Under the pieces are notes generated by a model. The model saw only the letters and a program-made list of their open reading frames with translations. It searched no databases and was not told the DNA's origin. This document shows positions 27,165 through 36,387 of a stretch of 44,950 bases of DNA, in pieces (position 1 is the first letter of the stretch; each line of letters opens with the position of its first letter). The stretch is taken from the IMG/VR virus record IMGVR_UViG_3300048850_000147, positions 1-44,950 of that record; one strand, 5' to 3'. The translations under genes and the position numbers were made by a program. Source of the stretch: a virus (taxonomy: Duplodnaviria; Caudoviricetes).

Positions 27165-28121
27165 ATGGCCGTACAGCCTACCCGCCGGCGCGCGCTCGGC
27201 ATCAACGCCGTGCAGTCGGCCGTGTTCGAAACGAGCTACGGGCAGACGCCCACGACCGGCTTCAAGCGCCTCCCGTTCGTCAGCAACGCGCTTGGCGAAG
27301 AGCGCCCGCTGATCGAGGACGACCAGCTCGGCTTCGGGCGCGAGGGGCTCGACCCGGAATATGACGTCGCGACCAACGACGGCGATGTCGTGGTGCCGAT
27401 GAACACCCGCGCGTTCGGCTGGTGGCTGAAGCTGCTGCTGGGCGATGCCACGACGGCCGCAGTTGAGGGCGGCCGCTATGCCCACGCCTTCGTTTCCGGG
27501 AAGACGGAACTGCCGTCCGCCTCGATCGAGCTCGGCAACCCGGAGATCCCGAGCTACTCGGTGAACTTCGGCGCGCTGGCCAACCAGCTGCGTGTGTCGA
27601 TGGCCCGCTCGGGCATGCTCAACGCGACGATTGGCGTGATCGCCCAGGGTGAGACCCGCAAGCAGGCGCTGAGCGTCGCCGGCACCCCGGACCTGTTCCA
27701 CGGCGACCGCTTCCAGCAGGCGACCGGCTCCATCAAGCGGGGCGGCGAGGTCCTGGGCAGCGTCACCGCCGCCGGCTTCACCTATTCGAACAACTTCGAG
27801 AAGGTGGAGGCGATCCGCGAGGACGGCCGCATCGACGGCGCGGATCCGCTCAAGGCGATGATGACCGGCGAACTGACGATGCGGTTCGATCGCCTCGACC
27901 TCTACGACGCCTCCGTCGACGGCACCCCCATCGATCTGGAGTTCGGCTGGAAGCGCGACGACGCGAGCCTGCTCTTCACCGTCCCGCGCGTGTTCCTGCC
28001 GCGGGTGAAGCGGCCGATCATCGGTCCCGGCGGCATCCAGGCAACGTCGAACTGGCAGGCGTCCGGCGCCGGCGGTCACACGCTCACCGCTGTGCTGACC
28101 AACGACGTCCCCAGCTACTGA
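27165..28121 (+). CDS. Tail tube (major tail) protein
   Basis: GAAGGA RBS; FETSYG..P...F..LPF, LG.GRE, LPSASIE.G.PEIP and L.NDV.SY motifs. Confidence 0.85.
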   Translation: MAVQPTRRRALGINAVQSAVFETSYGQTPTTGFKRLPFVSNALGEERPLIEDDQLGFGREGLDPEYDVATNDGDVVVPMNTRAFGWWLKLLLGDATTAAVEGGRYAHAFVSGKTELPSASIELGNPEIPSYSVNFGALANQLRVSMARSGMLNATIGVIAQGETRKQALSVAGTPDLFHGDRFQQATGSIKRGGEVLGSVTAAGFTYSNNFEKVEAIREDGRIDGADPLKAMMTGELTMRFDRLDLYDASVDGTPIDLEFGWKRDDASLLFTVPRVFLPRVKRPIIGPGGIQATSNWQASGAGGHTLTAVLTNDVPSY

Positions 28122-28141
28122 TCCTCCAGCGGAGAACGCCC

Positions 28142-28426
28142 GTGAAGAAGGAAGATACCGCCGCAGCCGCGGCGACCCAGATGCCCGCGCCCAAGCCGGT
28201 GCCAACCTATGTTAAGGCTGGCGTCACGCCCGACTTCGCGCAGCTGCGCGTCGTCGATGCCGAGACCGGAAAGTCGGTCCCGAAGGTGATCGAGGTCGAT
28301 ACCGAAAAGGGCACCCTTACCCGCTACGCCATCGAGCACGGCCACTATGTGCGCGAGGGCAGCGACCTGAAGGTCATCGAGGAGGATCGCAAGGTCCGCC
28401 TTGAGTGGATCGAGGGTGACGCCTGA
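28142..28426 (+). CDS. Hypothetical protein
   Basis: GGAGA RBS, GTG start, TGATG coupling to the chaperone gene. Confidence 0.6.
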   Translation: MKKEDTAAAAATQMPAPKPVPTYVKAGVTPDFAQLRVVDAETGKSVPKVIEVDTEKGTLTRYAIEHGHYVREGSDLKVIEEDRKVRLEWIEGDA

Positions 28427-28992
28427 TGCTCGTCATCCAGAAGAAGGCCGACGGACCCGCCTGGGTGCCCGTGATGGGCGCCCAGGTGCTGTTCGATCCA
28501 ATCGACCGCAAGATGATGCGCGAGGCGCGAAGAGCGGCGGTGAAGGCGATGCGGGGCGCTGACGCCAAGGACAAGCCTGGGGCAGCCGACGCACCCGCCA
28601 GCGAGCAGCTGGAGGAACTCGGCGACGCGCTCAGTGTCGCCCTGATTCTCGCCGGTGCGCGCGACTGGAAGGACGTCTGCCTGATGGCCGGGCCGGACGA
28701 CACCGGCCCTGGCGAGCAGATGCCGTTCAGCCGGGAAAACCTCGAGCACGCGATTTCCGATCCTCTGACCTTCGAGGCGTTCGACGCTGCCTATGTCATG
28801 CCGTTCGTGCTGCGGGAGCGGACAAAAAACGTCTCCGCCGCCTCTCAGAATGGCACTGGGGAGGCGGCGACGCCGGAGAACGATACTGCCAGCTCACCTG
28901 CCAAGCCGGCGAGGGCACGCGCTGCGCGCAGTGCCCGTACCAGATCGAAGAGCCCGACACCGCGGAAGCGGAAGCCGTCTGGGAAGTCCTGA
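28426..28992 (+). CDS. Tail assembly chaperone (gpG-like)
   Basis: Position before the tape measure; contains the A AAA AAC slippery site at 28824-28830. Confidence 0.78.
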   Translation: MLVIQKKADGPAWVPVMGAQVLFDPIDRKMMREARRAAVKAMRGADAKDKPGAADAPASEQLEELGDALSVALILAGARDWKDVCLMAGPDDTGPGEQMPFSRENLEHAISDPLTFEAFDAAYVMPFVLRERTKNVSAASQNGTGEAATPENDTASSPAKPARARAARSARTRSKSPTPRKRKPSGKS

Positions 28993-29174
28993 ACTCCTGT
29001 GAGCGGCAGCTGCGGGTCCGCGGAATGGACGGCAAGCCGTTCGCCCTGGACTACACGGCGGTGATGGCGATCGGCGCCGCGCTGGGTGCCGACATGGAGA
29101 TGCTGGCGGACGTTCTGCCAGACGCGGAAGCGGCGATCGTCGCTCGGTTCGCCGGTGATGACGGCGGGGATTGA
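28824..29174 (+). CDS. gpT-like -1 frameshift extension of the tail chaperone (gpGT)
   Basis: The -1 frame stays open from the slippery heptamer to TGA 29172-29174 (KRLRRLSEWHWGGG..YC..C..C..CPY...), ending just before the tape measure RBS. Confidence 0.8.
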   Translation, partial: KKRLRRLSEWHWGGGDAGERYCQLTCQAGEGTRCAQCPYQIEEPDTAEAEAVWEVLNSCERQLRVRGMDGKPFALDYTAVMAIGAALGADMEMLADVLPDAEAAIVARFAGDDGGD

Positions 29175-29183
29175 GGAGGGCGC

Positions 29184-32078
29184 GTGGAAAAGTCCGTCTC
29201 GATCCGCATGGGCACGACCGGCAAGGCCGATGTCACCCGCACCTTCGATGAAATGGCCGCTTCCGGCGAGGCGTCGGCCAACCGGTGGAGTAAGGCCTAC
29301 GACCGCGCTGGGCAGGACGTTGAAGCGGCGCTGCAGCGGCAGGCGAACGCGGCCGCCAAGATCGCGGCCATCGTTCCACAGACCGCGATTCAGATGCAGG
29401 CGAACGCTGCGGCTGGTTCGAACACCCGCTTCGGCGGTGGTTATGCGGCGGGCGCTGGTGAGCGGAACGGGCTGGGCGAGGGATCAGCACGCGCATCCGC
29501 TGCGGCCTTCAAGGATCTGATCGCGGCCGAGGAGCAGCTGGAGGCGCGCACCCGCGCTTTGGTTGCCTCGATCGACCCCGTCTGGGCGGCTCAGCAGCGG
29601 TTCAACGCTGAGATGGAGAACGCGCGCGATCTGATCAGCAACGGCAAGATCTCGCTCGACCAGTATGTCGCCAAGCTGGGGCAGGAGAGGGCTGCCCTCG
29701 ACAGCGCGACGGCCGCCCAACAGCGCGGGGCAGTATCCGCCGGCGCCCATCGGGCGGCGATGCAGGGGCTGTCGTTCCAGGCGCAAGACGCGATGACGCA
29801 GCTATCGATGGGCGCCAACGTCTTCAACGTCATTGCGGTGCAGGGAGCCCAGGCTGCGGGGCAGATGGCGAACCTGGAGGGGAAACTTGGCTCTGCCGCC
29901 AAGTTCATGATCGGGCCCTGGGGGCTGGCGATCACCGGCGGGCTGATGTTGCTCGGGATGCTCACAGATCGGCTGATGCAGAGCCGTCAGGCCTCGGAAG
30001 CAGACGAGGCCGCAAAGCGCGGAGAGGCTGCGGGCGCAAACACGTTGGAGGGCGCCATCAAGGCGCTCAACGACATCACGGGAGTTCACAACCGGTCCCA
30101 GGCCGTCGCGATTGATCTGGCGATCGGGAATGCCGACGCCATGCTCAAGCAGGCTGAGGCTACCCGGGCAGCGACCGCCGCCCGCCTCGCCGACATGAAG
30201 GCGCTGCAGGCGGCCAACCGGCAACGCGCGTCTGGCCCAGGGCAGAACTCGGAAATGGTCGCGATCGGATTGCCTGCCGGCGACGAGGCGATCGCGAGCG
30301 TAGAAGCGACGCTCTCCAAGCTCGACGCCAGCATCATCCGCGGACAGAATGCAGTGCGGTTCGCGCGGGCGGAGTCCTCCCGCCAACATGCGGTGCAAAC
30401 GGCGGACGAACTTGACCGGAACTCCCGGCTGCGGATCTCGACCGGAGCGGTGGCGGATGCTGAGCGCAACCTCGCGAAGGTCCGTGAAGAGGGGCGCTCG
30501 CAGCTTGCCGCCAAGAAGATCACGCCTGAGGAATACGCTGCCAGGAGCGACGAAGCCGAGCGGCGGCTGGTAAAAGCGCAGGAGGACGGCCGGCACAGCT
30601 CCGATCGCCGGGCCGTATCGCTGGGCCGGCAGGCCGCGGCAATGGAGGTCAACGCGGATGCGTCGCTGGAACTGGCACGCGCCTATCTGGTCGGCGGTGA
30701 TGCCGCGCTGCGCGCTGAGGCTGCCCGCAAGGGCCTGACCGACGCCACCCGCCGCGGGATAGACACCGATGCGCAGGTGCAGCGCCAGCTGCAGGTGATG
30801 GTTGGCGAGCAGGTAGCGAACGGCGCGAAGTCCGTTGCCCAGCTGCGCGAGGAGACGGAGGCACGCGCCGCTGTCCGAGCGCAGGTTCTTGCCGGCACGC
30901 TGCCGGTGGAGGGCATGGCGCAGGCCCTGTCGGATGAAGCGGCGCTTCGCCCGCTGCTCAAGCTCCAGACGGTTGCCCAAGGCGAGGCGTTGGCCGAACT
31001 GACAAAGGTGATCGAGGCCTACCGCAAAGCGCTCGCCGACGCGCACGAGGAGGAGGCGCGGAGCGGGGCTGCCGTCGAGACCAAGGCGTCCAAGGACCGC
31101 TTCGCCGAGACGATCGAGAGCATCCGGGACCTGGGTAAGGATCCGCTGCAGCGCGCCCTCGATGCCGCCCGGCGCGCGGCAGAACGCGACGCGGATGCCA
31201 AGAAGCTGACGGGTGAGGACCGGACGGGGTTCGTGGATGCCCGGGTCAACGAGGCCCGCGCCACCGAAGGGTATCGCCGAGCGCAGTTCTACGTCAGCAC
31301 CGCGGACGATCAGCGGGATTCGCTGGAGATGGCGAAGCTCGACCTCTCGCTCGCGGCATCTGGCAACGACGAGCGCGATCGCGCGATGGCGAAGCTGGAG
31401 ATGATCCTCCGAATGAAGCGGGAAGGGATCACCGCCGACAGCGAGGAAGGCCGCAAGCTGCTGGAGAACCAGGAGCACCTCGACGGGGTTGCTACCCAGG
31501 CGAAGCTTGCTGCCGCCGGCTTCAGGGAGCTGCGCGACTTCGGCAACGACTTCGTCGACACAGTGCTGTCGGAGGATACCTGGTCGAGCTGGGGCAACGC
31601 CGGCAAGACGATCCTGAACATGCTCAAGAGCGAGTTCGTGAAGCTCGCGCTGCTGAACCCGCTCAAGAACCTGATCAACGGCGACAAGGCCCTGCCGACG
31701 CTGAGCGGCCTGGTCGGGAAGATCGGCAACCTGTTCGGCTCCAAGGGCGTCGGCAACAACGCCGCGGGCACCGAATGGTGGTCGGGCGGTGCGACGTGGC
31801 TGGCTGAGAATGGGCCGGAGATCGTCAACCTGCCGCAAGGCTCCAAGGTGACGCCGGCTGGCGAGACGCGGCGCCTGCTCGGTGGCGGCGGAGTGATGGG
31901 GGGCGAGATGAAGCTCAAGCTGGAACTCACCCCGTCGTCCTACTTCGATGCACGCGTCGCCTCGGTCAGCGGCCCGCTGGTCGCGCAGGGCGCAACAGCG
32001 GCTGCGGCCGGAGGGGCGCAGATGGCTGAGGCGGAGAGTATGGCCGCTGGCGCTCGCCGACTTGGGCGGTTCCGCTGA
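29184..32078 (+). CDS. Tail tape measure protein
   Basis: 964-aa Ala-rich helical protein; LSFQAQD..TQL..G...QG.Q motif; C-terminal AENGPEIV. Confidence 0.92.
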   Translation: MEKSVSIRMGTTGKADVTRTFDEMAASGEASANRWSKAYDRAGQDVEAALQRQANAAAKIAAIVPQTAIQMQANAAAGSNTRFGGGYAAGAGERNGLGEGSARASAAAFKDLIAAEEQLEARTRALVASIDPVWAAQQRFNAEMENARDLISNGKISLDQYVAKLGQERAALDSATAAQQRGAVSAGAHRAAMQGLSFQAQDAMTQLSMGANVFNVIAVQGAQAAGQMANLEGKLGSAAKFMIGPWGLAITGGLMLLGMLTDRLMQSRQASEADEAAKRGEAAGANTLEGAIKALNDITGVHNRSQAVAIDLAIGNADAMLKQAEATRAATAARLADMKALQAANRQRASGPGQNSEMVAIGLPAGDEAIASVEATLSKLDASIIRGQNAVRFARAESSRQHAVQTADELDRNSRLRISTGAVADAERNLAKVREEGRSQLAAKKITPEEYAARSDEAERRLVKAQEDGRHSSDRRAVSLGRQAAAMEVNADASLELARAYLVGGDAALRAEAARKGLTDATRRGIDTDAQVQRQLQVMVGEQVANGAKSVAQLREETEARAAVRAQVLAGTLPVEGMAQALSDEAALRPLLKLQTVAQGEALAELTKVIEAYRKALADAHEEEARSGAAVETKASKDRFAETIESIRDLGKDPLQRALDAARRAAERDADAKKLTGEDRTGFVDARVNEARATEGYRRAQFYVSTADDQRDSLEMAKLDLSLAASGNDERDRAMAKLEMILRMKREGITADSEEGRKLLENQEHLDGVATQAKLAAAGFRELRDFGNDFVDTVLSEDTWSSWGNAGKTILNMLKSEFVKLALLNPLKNLINGDKALPTLSGLVGKIGNLFGSKGVGNNAAGTEWWSGGATWLAENGPEIVNLPQGSKVTPAGETRRLLGGGGVMGGEMKLKLELTPSSYFDARVASVSGPLVAQGATAAAAGGAQMAEAESMAAGARRLGRFR

Positions 32079-32683
32079 TGTCTGTCGAGATCCCGCACCT
32101 TCGGATTCGGTCCTTCGCACTGCGGCCGCGCCTGTTCAGCGGTGAGCAGGAGGGCGCGCTCGGCGGACCGGATCTGCCGATCCCGCGTCCAGGTGACCGG
32201 TTCGCAGCGGACGTCGAGACCACGCAGTTCCGCCACGACGATGAAGGGCGGTTGATGGCCGCGGCGCTGTTTGAGGCGAGCAACAGCACCGCGATCATGC
32301 GCATCGTCCAGCCGAACAAGAGCAGAGGCAGTTCGCCAGGCACAAGCGTGGTGGTCGATGGCACCGATCAGGGCGGTATGACGCTGTCGCTGCGCGGCCT
32401 GCAGAGAGGCGCTGCGCTCACCCGCGGCAACTTCTTCAGCATCGTCCACGGTGGCCGCCACTACGTCCACATGATCGCCGGTGTCGGGCAGATGCTGGCG
32501 CCGGACACCGGGCGGGTCGCCCTCCCGATATGGCCTATGCTGCGGTTCCTGACGGTTGACGGCGAGCCGGCCGAGTTCGTCGCCCCCATGATCGAGGGCA
32601 AGCTGCTGGGTTTCGACAAGGGGGCGCTGTTCCGCCGGGCGAAGACCGATCCGCTGTCCTTCAGCATCCAGGAGCGGGCATGA
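32078..32683 (+). CDS. Distal tail / minor tail protein
   Basis: Synteny, TGATG coupling; I.RPGDRF and I.P.LR motifs. Confidence 0.7.
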   Translation: MSVEIPHLRIRSFALRPRLFSGEQEGALGGPDLPIPRPGDRFAADVETTQFRHDDEGRLMAAALFEASNSTAIMRIVQPNKSRGSSPGTSVVVDGTDQGGMTLSLRGLQRGAALTRGNFFSIVHGGRHYVHMIAGVGQMLAPDTGRVALPIWPMLRFLTVDGEPAEFVAPMIEGKLLGFDKGALFRRAKTDPLSFSIQERA

Positions 32684-33324
32684 CCTTCCGCCTGACCCCC
32701 CCGATGTCGGCAGCACTGCGCGCCGGGCAATCCGTCTATGCCCCGCTCGTGCGCGTGCAGCTGCCTGATTACACGCTGTGCCAGCTGGTCGGCTCGGCCG
32801 AGGTGAGGTTCAACGGCGAGAAGTTCGTGGGCGAAGATCCTCGCTTCGGCATCCTGGTCGCCGCGAGCAACCTGAAGGATGGCGTGGCCGATCAGGCGCC
32901 GGACTGGCTGCTGACCTTCGTCGCGCCGGAGGGTGCTGCAGCATCGGAGTTGGCTGCTGCGACCGCGCAAGGCGGCGAGGTTGGCGGCTGGCTAGGGCTG
33001 ATCAACCCTGCCGACGGCCGGCTGCTGCCAGAGCCGATCAAGCTGTTCGCGGGGGAGCTCGATGTACCGCGGATCCGTGTTGGTAAGGGCACTCTAGCGT
33101 TGGAGTGGCGCTGCGCCTCCGCGCTCGAGCCGTTCCATGACGAAGAGACGGGCGCCCGCCTTTCGGACAGCTGGCACGAGATGGTCTGGCCTGGAGAGAC
33201 CGGCCTCGCGAACATGACGGGCATCGACAAGACATCGATGTGGGGCGTGGAAAAGCCCCCGTCGACGGTGCGCGTCGGTGGCGGCAGTCTGAACCCGTCG
33301 TTCCTCGGAAACATCGGGCTATGA
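32680..33324 (+). CDS. Minor tail / hub protein
   Basis: Synteny; RLSDSWHE.VWPGETG motif. Confidence 0.68.
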   Translation: MTFRLTPPMSAALRAGQSVYAPLVRVQLPDYTLCQLVGSAEVRFNGEKFVGEDPRFGILVAASNLKDGVADQAPDWLLTFVAPEGAAASELAAATAQGGEVGGWLGLINPADGRLLPEPIKLFAGELDVPRIRVGKGTLALEWRCASALEPFHDEETGARLSDSWHEMVWPGETGLANMTGIDKTSMWGVEKPPSTVRVGGGSLNPSFLGNIGL

Positions 33325-33740
33325 CGGTGCTTCTTCGCCGCCAACAGGCCGCGCAGGCAGCGGTGGACCGATTCAAGGGTCAGCCGCTCGCCTACGGCAA
33401 GAACGATTGCGTCCGGCTGGCGGCGTTCGTCCTGCGCAAGATGGGGCACCGGCCGCAGCTGGCGAAGGCCGGCAGCTACAGCACCGCGCTCGGTGCCGCG
33501 CGCGCATTGCAGCGCACCGGCTTTGACGATCTGGCGGCCGCCGTCGATGCACTGCGTCTCCCGCGGATCGCGCCGGCTGCCGCATGGGTGGCGGATCTGG
33601 TGCTGCTGCCGGCCGAGGGGCCCTTCGGTGGTGCCCTGAGCGTCGCCGTCGGGAATGGCCGCGTGCTTGGCTATCACGAAGACGTGGACGGCGCGGACAT
33701 CCTGCAGCCAGTCCACTATCTCGCCGCCTGGCGGCTCTGA
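33321..33740 (+). CDS. NlpC/P60-like tail-associated protein (DUF6950-like, gpK position)
   Basis: F...LAYG.NDC..LA...G..Y.T..GA...AWRL motif. Confidence 0.72.
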   Translation: MTVLLRRQQAAQAAVDRFKGQPLAYGKNDCVRLAAFVLRKMGHRPQLAKAGSYSTALGAARALQRTGFDDLAAAVDALRLPRIAPAAAWVADLVLLPAEGPFGGALSVAVGNGRVLGYHEDVDGADILQPVHYLAAWRL

Positions 33741-33749
33741 GAGGCGCAC

Positions 33750-36338
33750 ATGGCGAAAGCTCTTCGGACGGCGGCGTTCGTCGTCGGCGCTGTGGCGCTT
33801 GCTGCAACTGGTGTCGGTGCGGCTGTGTCGCTAGGCGCCCTTGCTGCCAGCGCTACCACCGCCACGATCGCGACTGTCGCTACGGTGGCGCAGGTCAGTG
33901 CCGCCGCGCTCTCGATCGCTTCGGCCGCCGCCACGCCGAAGGGCTCCCTCGGCGGCAACCCGACCGAGTTCACGATCGATAAGGAGTCCGGACTCCCCTA
34001 CGCGATCGGGCGGACCTATTCGGCGGGGAAGGTCGTGCACCGCCAGTATTACGGGTCGAAGAACAGCCTGGAGAGCTGGGTCGCGGTCCACAGCATTGGC
34101 CCGATCAAGAGTCTGGGACCGTTCCAGGTCGAAAAGGCCACCGTCACCTTCTCCAATCGCGCAGCCCTCGGCACGTATGCCGGGTATATGTGGCTGGACC
34201 AGCAGCTGGGCGCATGCCCCGAAAGCCGGGCCCTGCAAGGTCCGCAGGGCAATTTCCCCGGCTGGACCGCTGCGTCGAAGCTGTCCGGCCTCGCCGCGGA
34301 TCTCTGGACGCTGAAGTACGACAGCAAGGGCAAGAAATTCCCGAACGGCGTCCCGGAGCGCGGGCGCATCCTGGAAGGGGTGTTCGTCTATGACCCCCGC
34401 CTCGACAGCACCTATCCCGGCGGCTCCGGTCCTTGTCGGCTGGGGTCGGAGGCGACCTACGTCTACAGCGAGAACCCGGCGCTGCACGCGATCACCTGGG
34501 CATATGGACGCATCCAGAACGGGACGCTGATCGCCGGGGGCGGCATGAAGCTAGTCGGCATCGACCTGGCGCCCTTCCTCGAATTCGCGAACGTCTGCGA
34601 CGCGAACGGCTGGAAGGCTGGTGGCATCGTCTACACCAGCGCGGACAACAAGTGGGACATCCTCAAGATGATCTGCCAGGCCGGCGGCGGGGAGCCGATG
34701 CCGGTCGGCGGGCAGCTGTCCGTGACCTTCAACGCACCGCGTGTCTCGATCGGCACGATCACCAGCGCCGACATCATCGGCGACGTCGACGTGCCCGGGA
34801 CCGCCTCGCGCCGCGCGCGCCGCAACACCGTGATCCCGAAGGTCCGGCTGGAGAGCCACGGCTGGCAGGTGGTGCCGCTGAACGCGATCGCGATCCCCGA
34901 CTATGTCGCCGTCGATGGTGGCAGCCGACCTCGCGAGATAGAGTTCCCGCTGGTGCAGCAGGTCGACCAGGGCGCGCAGCTGGGCCTGTACGAGATCCTG
35001 AACGGCCGCGAGCTGGAGGGCATTCTTCTTCCCTGCAAGGCGACGATGATCGGCTACCGGCCGGGCGACTGCCTGACCGTCGACATTCCCGAGGCGGCAC
35101 TGGCCGGCCGCGATGTGGTCGTGCGGACGCGCGAGATCGACATGGGAACGGTTGGGGTGACCTTCACCTGCCGGTCGGAGACCGCGTCCAAGCACAGCTT
35201 CGCGCTCGGCAAGGGCGGCACGGCGCCGCCGACGCCGGATCTCTCTATCCCGACAGTTGACCTGAGCGCGCCCGATGCCGCCGACTGGACGGCCAACGGG
35301 GCGGTGCTGAGCGCCAACGGCGTTTCCTTCCCGGCGGTGATCGTCACCGGCGCGGCAGATGACCGGCCGATGGCGGGCGTGCTGTTCGAGTACCGGCCCT
35401 ATGTCGACGGTGCGGATCCGGAAGCCGGCTGGAGCGGCGGCGGCATCGACGGACCGGGGATCACCCGCAAGGAGATCACCAGCGTCCGCTCGGATACCCA
35501 GTACGAAGTGGCCGTGCGCTACATGGTGGCCGGCACCTATAGCGAGCGCCTGGTGCTGGGCCCGGTCACGGCCGGCGTGTTCAGCGCGGCCGGCGGCACC
35601 CAGGCCGCGATCGCGACGTCGTTCCCGATCGGCTTGGCGATTGCCGCCGCCGACAGCGGCGTGGTGACGATCAGCGCCCACACCCGCCGCTATACCGACG
35701 GCCATCCGGACGTGGCGGTCGCCGGCGCCACGATCAACACTGGCCTGGCTCCGGGCGCGTTCCGAGCCATTGGGTACGATGACGAGGAGCGCACGGGCGG
35801 CGCGGTGGCGTACCAGCTGTTCGAGGACGACATCGATGCCCGCGCGGCGCCGGATCATCCCGGCCGGCACTACCTGGGCTACGCGATCATTCCGACTGCC
35901 GGCAGCCCGCCGTCGAGCGGGGGTGGCGCCACGCCGCCGGGTGGGCAGTGCGTGACCACCGACACGCCCATCCTGATGGCGGACGGCAGCGAGAAGCCGG
36001 CCGGTGATCTGACAGTTGGCGACCGCGTCCTGACGCGGCACGAGCTAAGGCTGAACGACGTTGCCGGCGGCTGGGGCGTTTTCCCGGTGGAGGCCGTCCA
36101 GATCGCCGCTAGCGAGGATGTGTGGGAGGCGAAGGTCGGCGAGCGGCTGGTGACCGCTACCGGCGACCACCTCGTCTATACCGGCACCTGGGTGAAGATG
36201 CGCGACATCGGCACGCTGCTTCCGGGCTCGCATTGGATCGTCAAGGCGATGGTGCGCGACGCCCACACCTACGTCTCCAACGGCATCCTCTCGCACAATA
36301 TCAAGATGAACCAGCCGGAACAGCCGAGCCAGGTCTGA
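33750..36338 (+). CDS. Tail tip / central fibre protein (gpJ-like) with C-terminal Hint domain
   Basis: LPYAIGRT, YDPRLDST.PGGSG, YSENPAL, PGD.L.V, Fn3-like region; Hint domain at residues 734-850. Confidence 0.88.
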   Translation: MAKALRTAAFVVGAVALAATGVGAAVSLGALAASATTATIATVATVAQVSAAALSIASAAATPKGSLGGNPTEFTIDKESGLPYAIGRTYSAGKVVHRQYYGSKNSLESWVAVHSIGPIKSLGPFQVEKATVTFSNRAALGTYAGYMWLDQQLGACPESRALQGPQGNFPGWTAASKLSGLAADLWTLKYDSKGKKFPNGVPERGRILEGVFVYDPRLDSTYPGGSGPCRLGSEATYVYSENPALHAITWAYGRIQNGTLIAGGGMKLVGIDLAPFLEFANVCDANGWKAGGIVYTSADNKWDILKMICQAGGGEPMPVGGQLSVTFNAPRVSIGTITSADIIGDVDVPGTASRRARRNTVIPKVRLESHGWQVVPLNAIAIPDYVAVDGGSRPREIEFPLVQQVDQGAQLGLYEILNGRELEGILLPCKATMIGYRPGDCLTVDIPEAALAGRDVVVRTREIDMGTVGVTFTCRSETASKHSFALGKGGTAPPTPDLSIPTVDLSAPDAADWTANGAVLSANGVSFPAVIVTGAADDRPMAGVLFEYRPYVDGADPEAGWSGGGIDGPGITRKEITSVRSDTQYEVAVRYMVAGTYSERLVLGPVTAGVFSAAGGTQAAIATSFPIGLAIAAADSGVVTISAHTRRYTDGHPDVAVAGATINTGLAPGAFRAIGYDDEERTGGAVAYQLFEDDIDARAAPDHPGRHYLGYAIIPTAGSPPSSGGGATPPGGQCVTTDTPILMADGSEKPAGDLTVGDRVLTRHELRLNDVAGGWGVFPVEAVQIAASEDVWEAKVGERLVTATGDHLVYTGTWVKMRDIGTLLPGSHWIVKAMVRDAHTYVSNGILSHNIKMNQPEQPSQV
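35949..36299 (+). other. Hint (intein-like / BIL) autoprocessing domain
   Basis: Block A CVTTDTPILMADG; L.VGDRV; block B ATGDHLVY (TxxH); C-terminal HTYVSNGILSHN. Confidence 0.88.
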
Positions 36339-36387
36339 GCCAGCCCAGCTACCCGTCGCTGCCACCCACCCGCCACCGGAGAAGCCG

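Noticed and set aside
29802-32120. 772-aa antisense ORF, and similar long ones such as 23296-24903, 34551-36041, 13702-15108, 21859-23064 and 5846-7111
   Set aside because: Shadow frames opposite well-supported genes, expected in high-GC DNA; no motifs or RBS
35949-36299. Canonical splicing intein or mobile homing intein
   Set aside because: The +1 residue is Ile rather than Cys/Ser/Thr, there is no endonuclease, and only 12 aa follow; treated as a BIL/Hint processing domain
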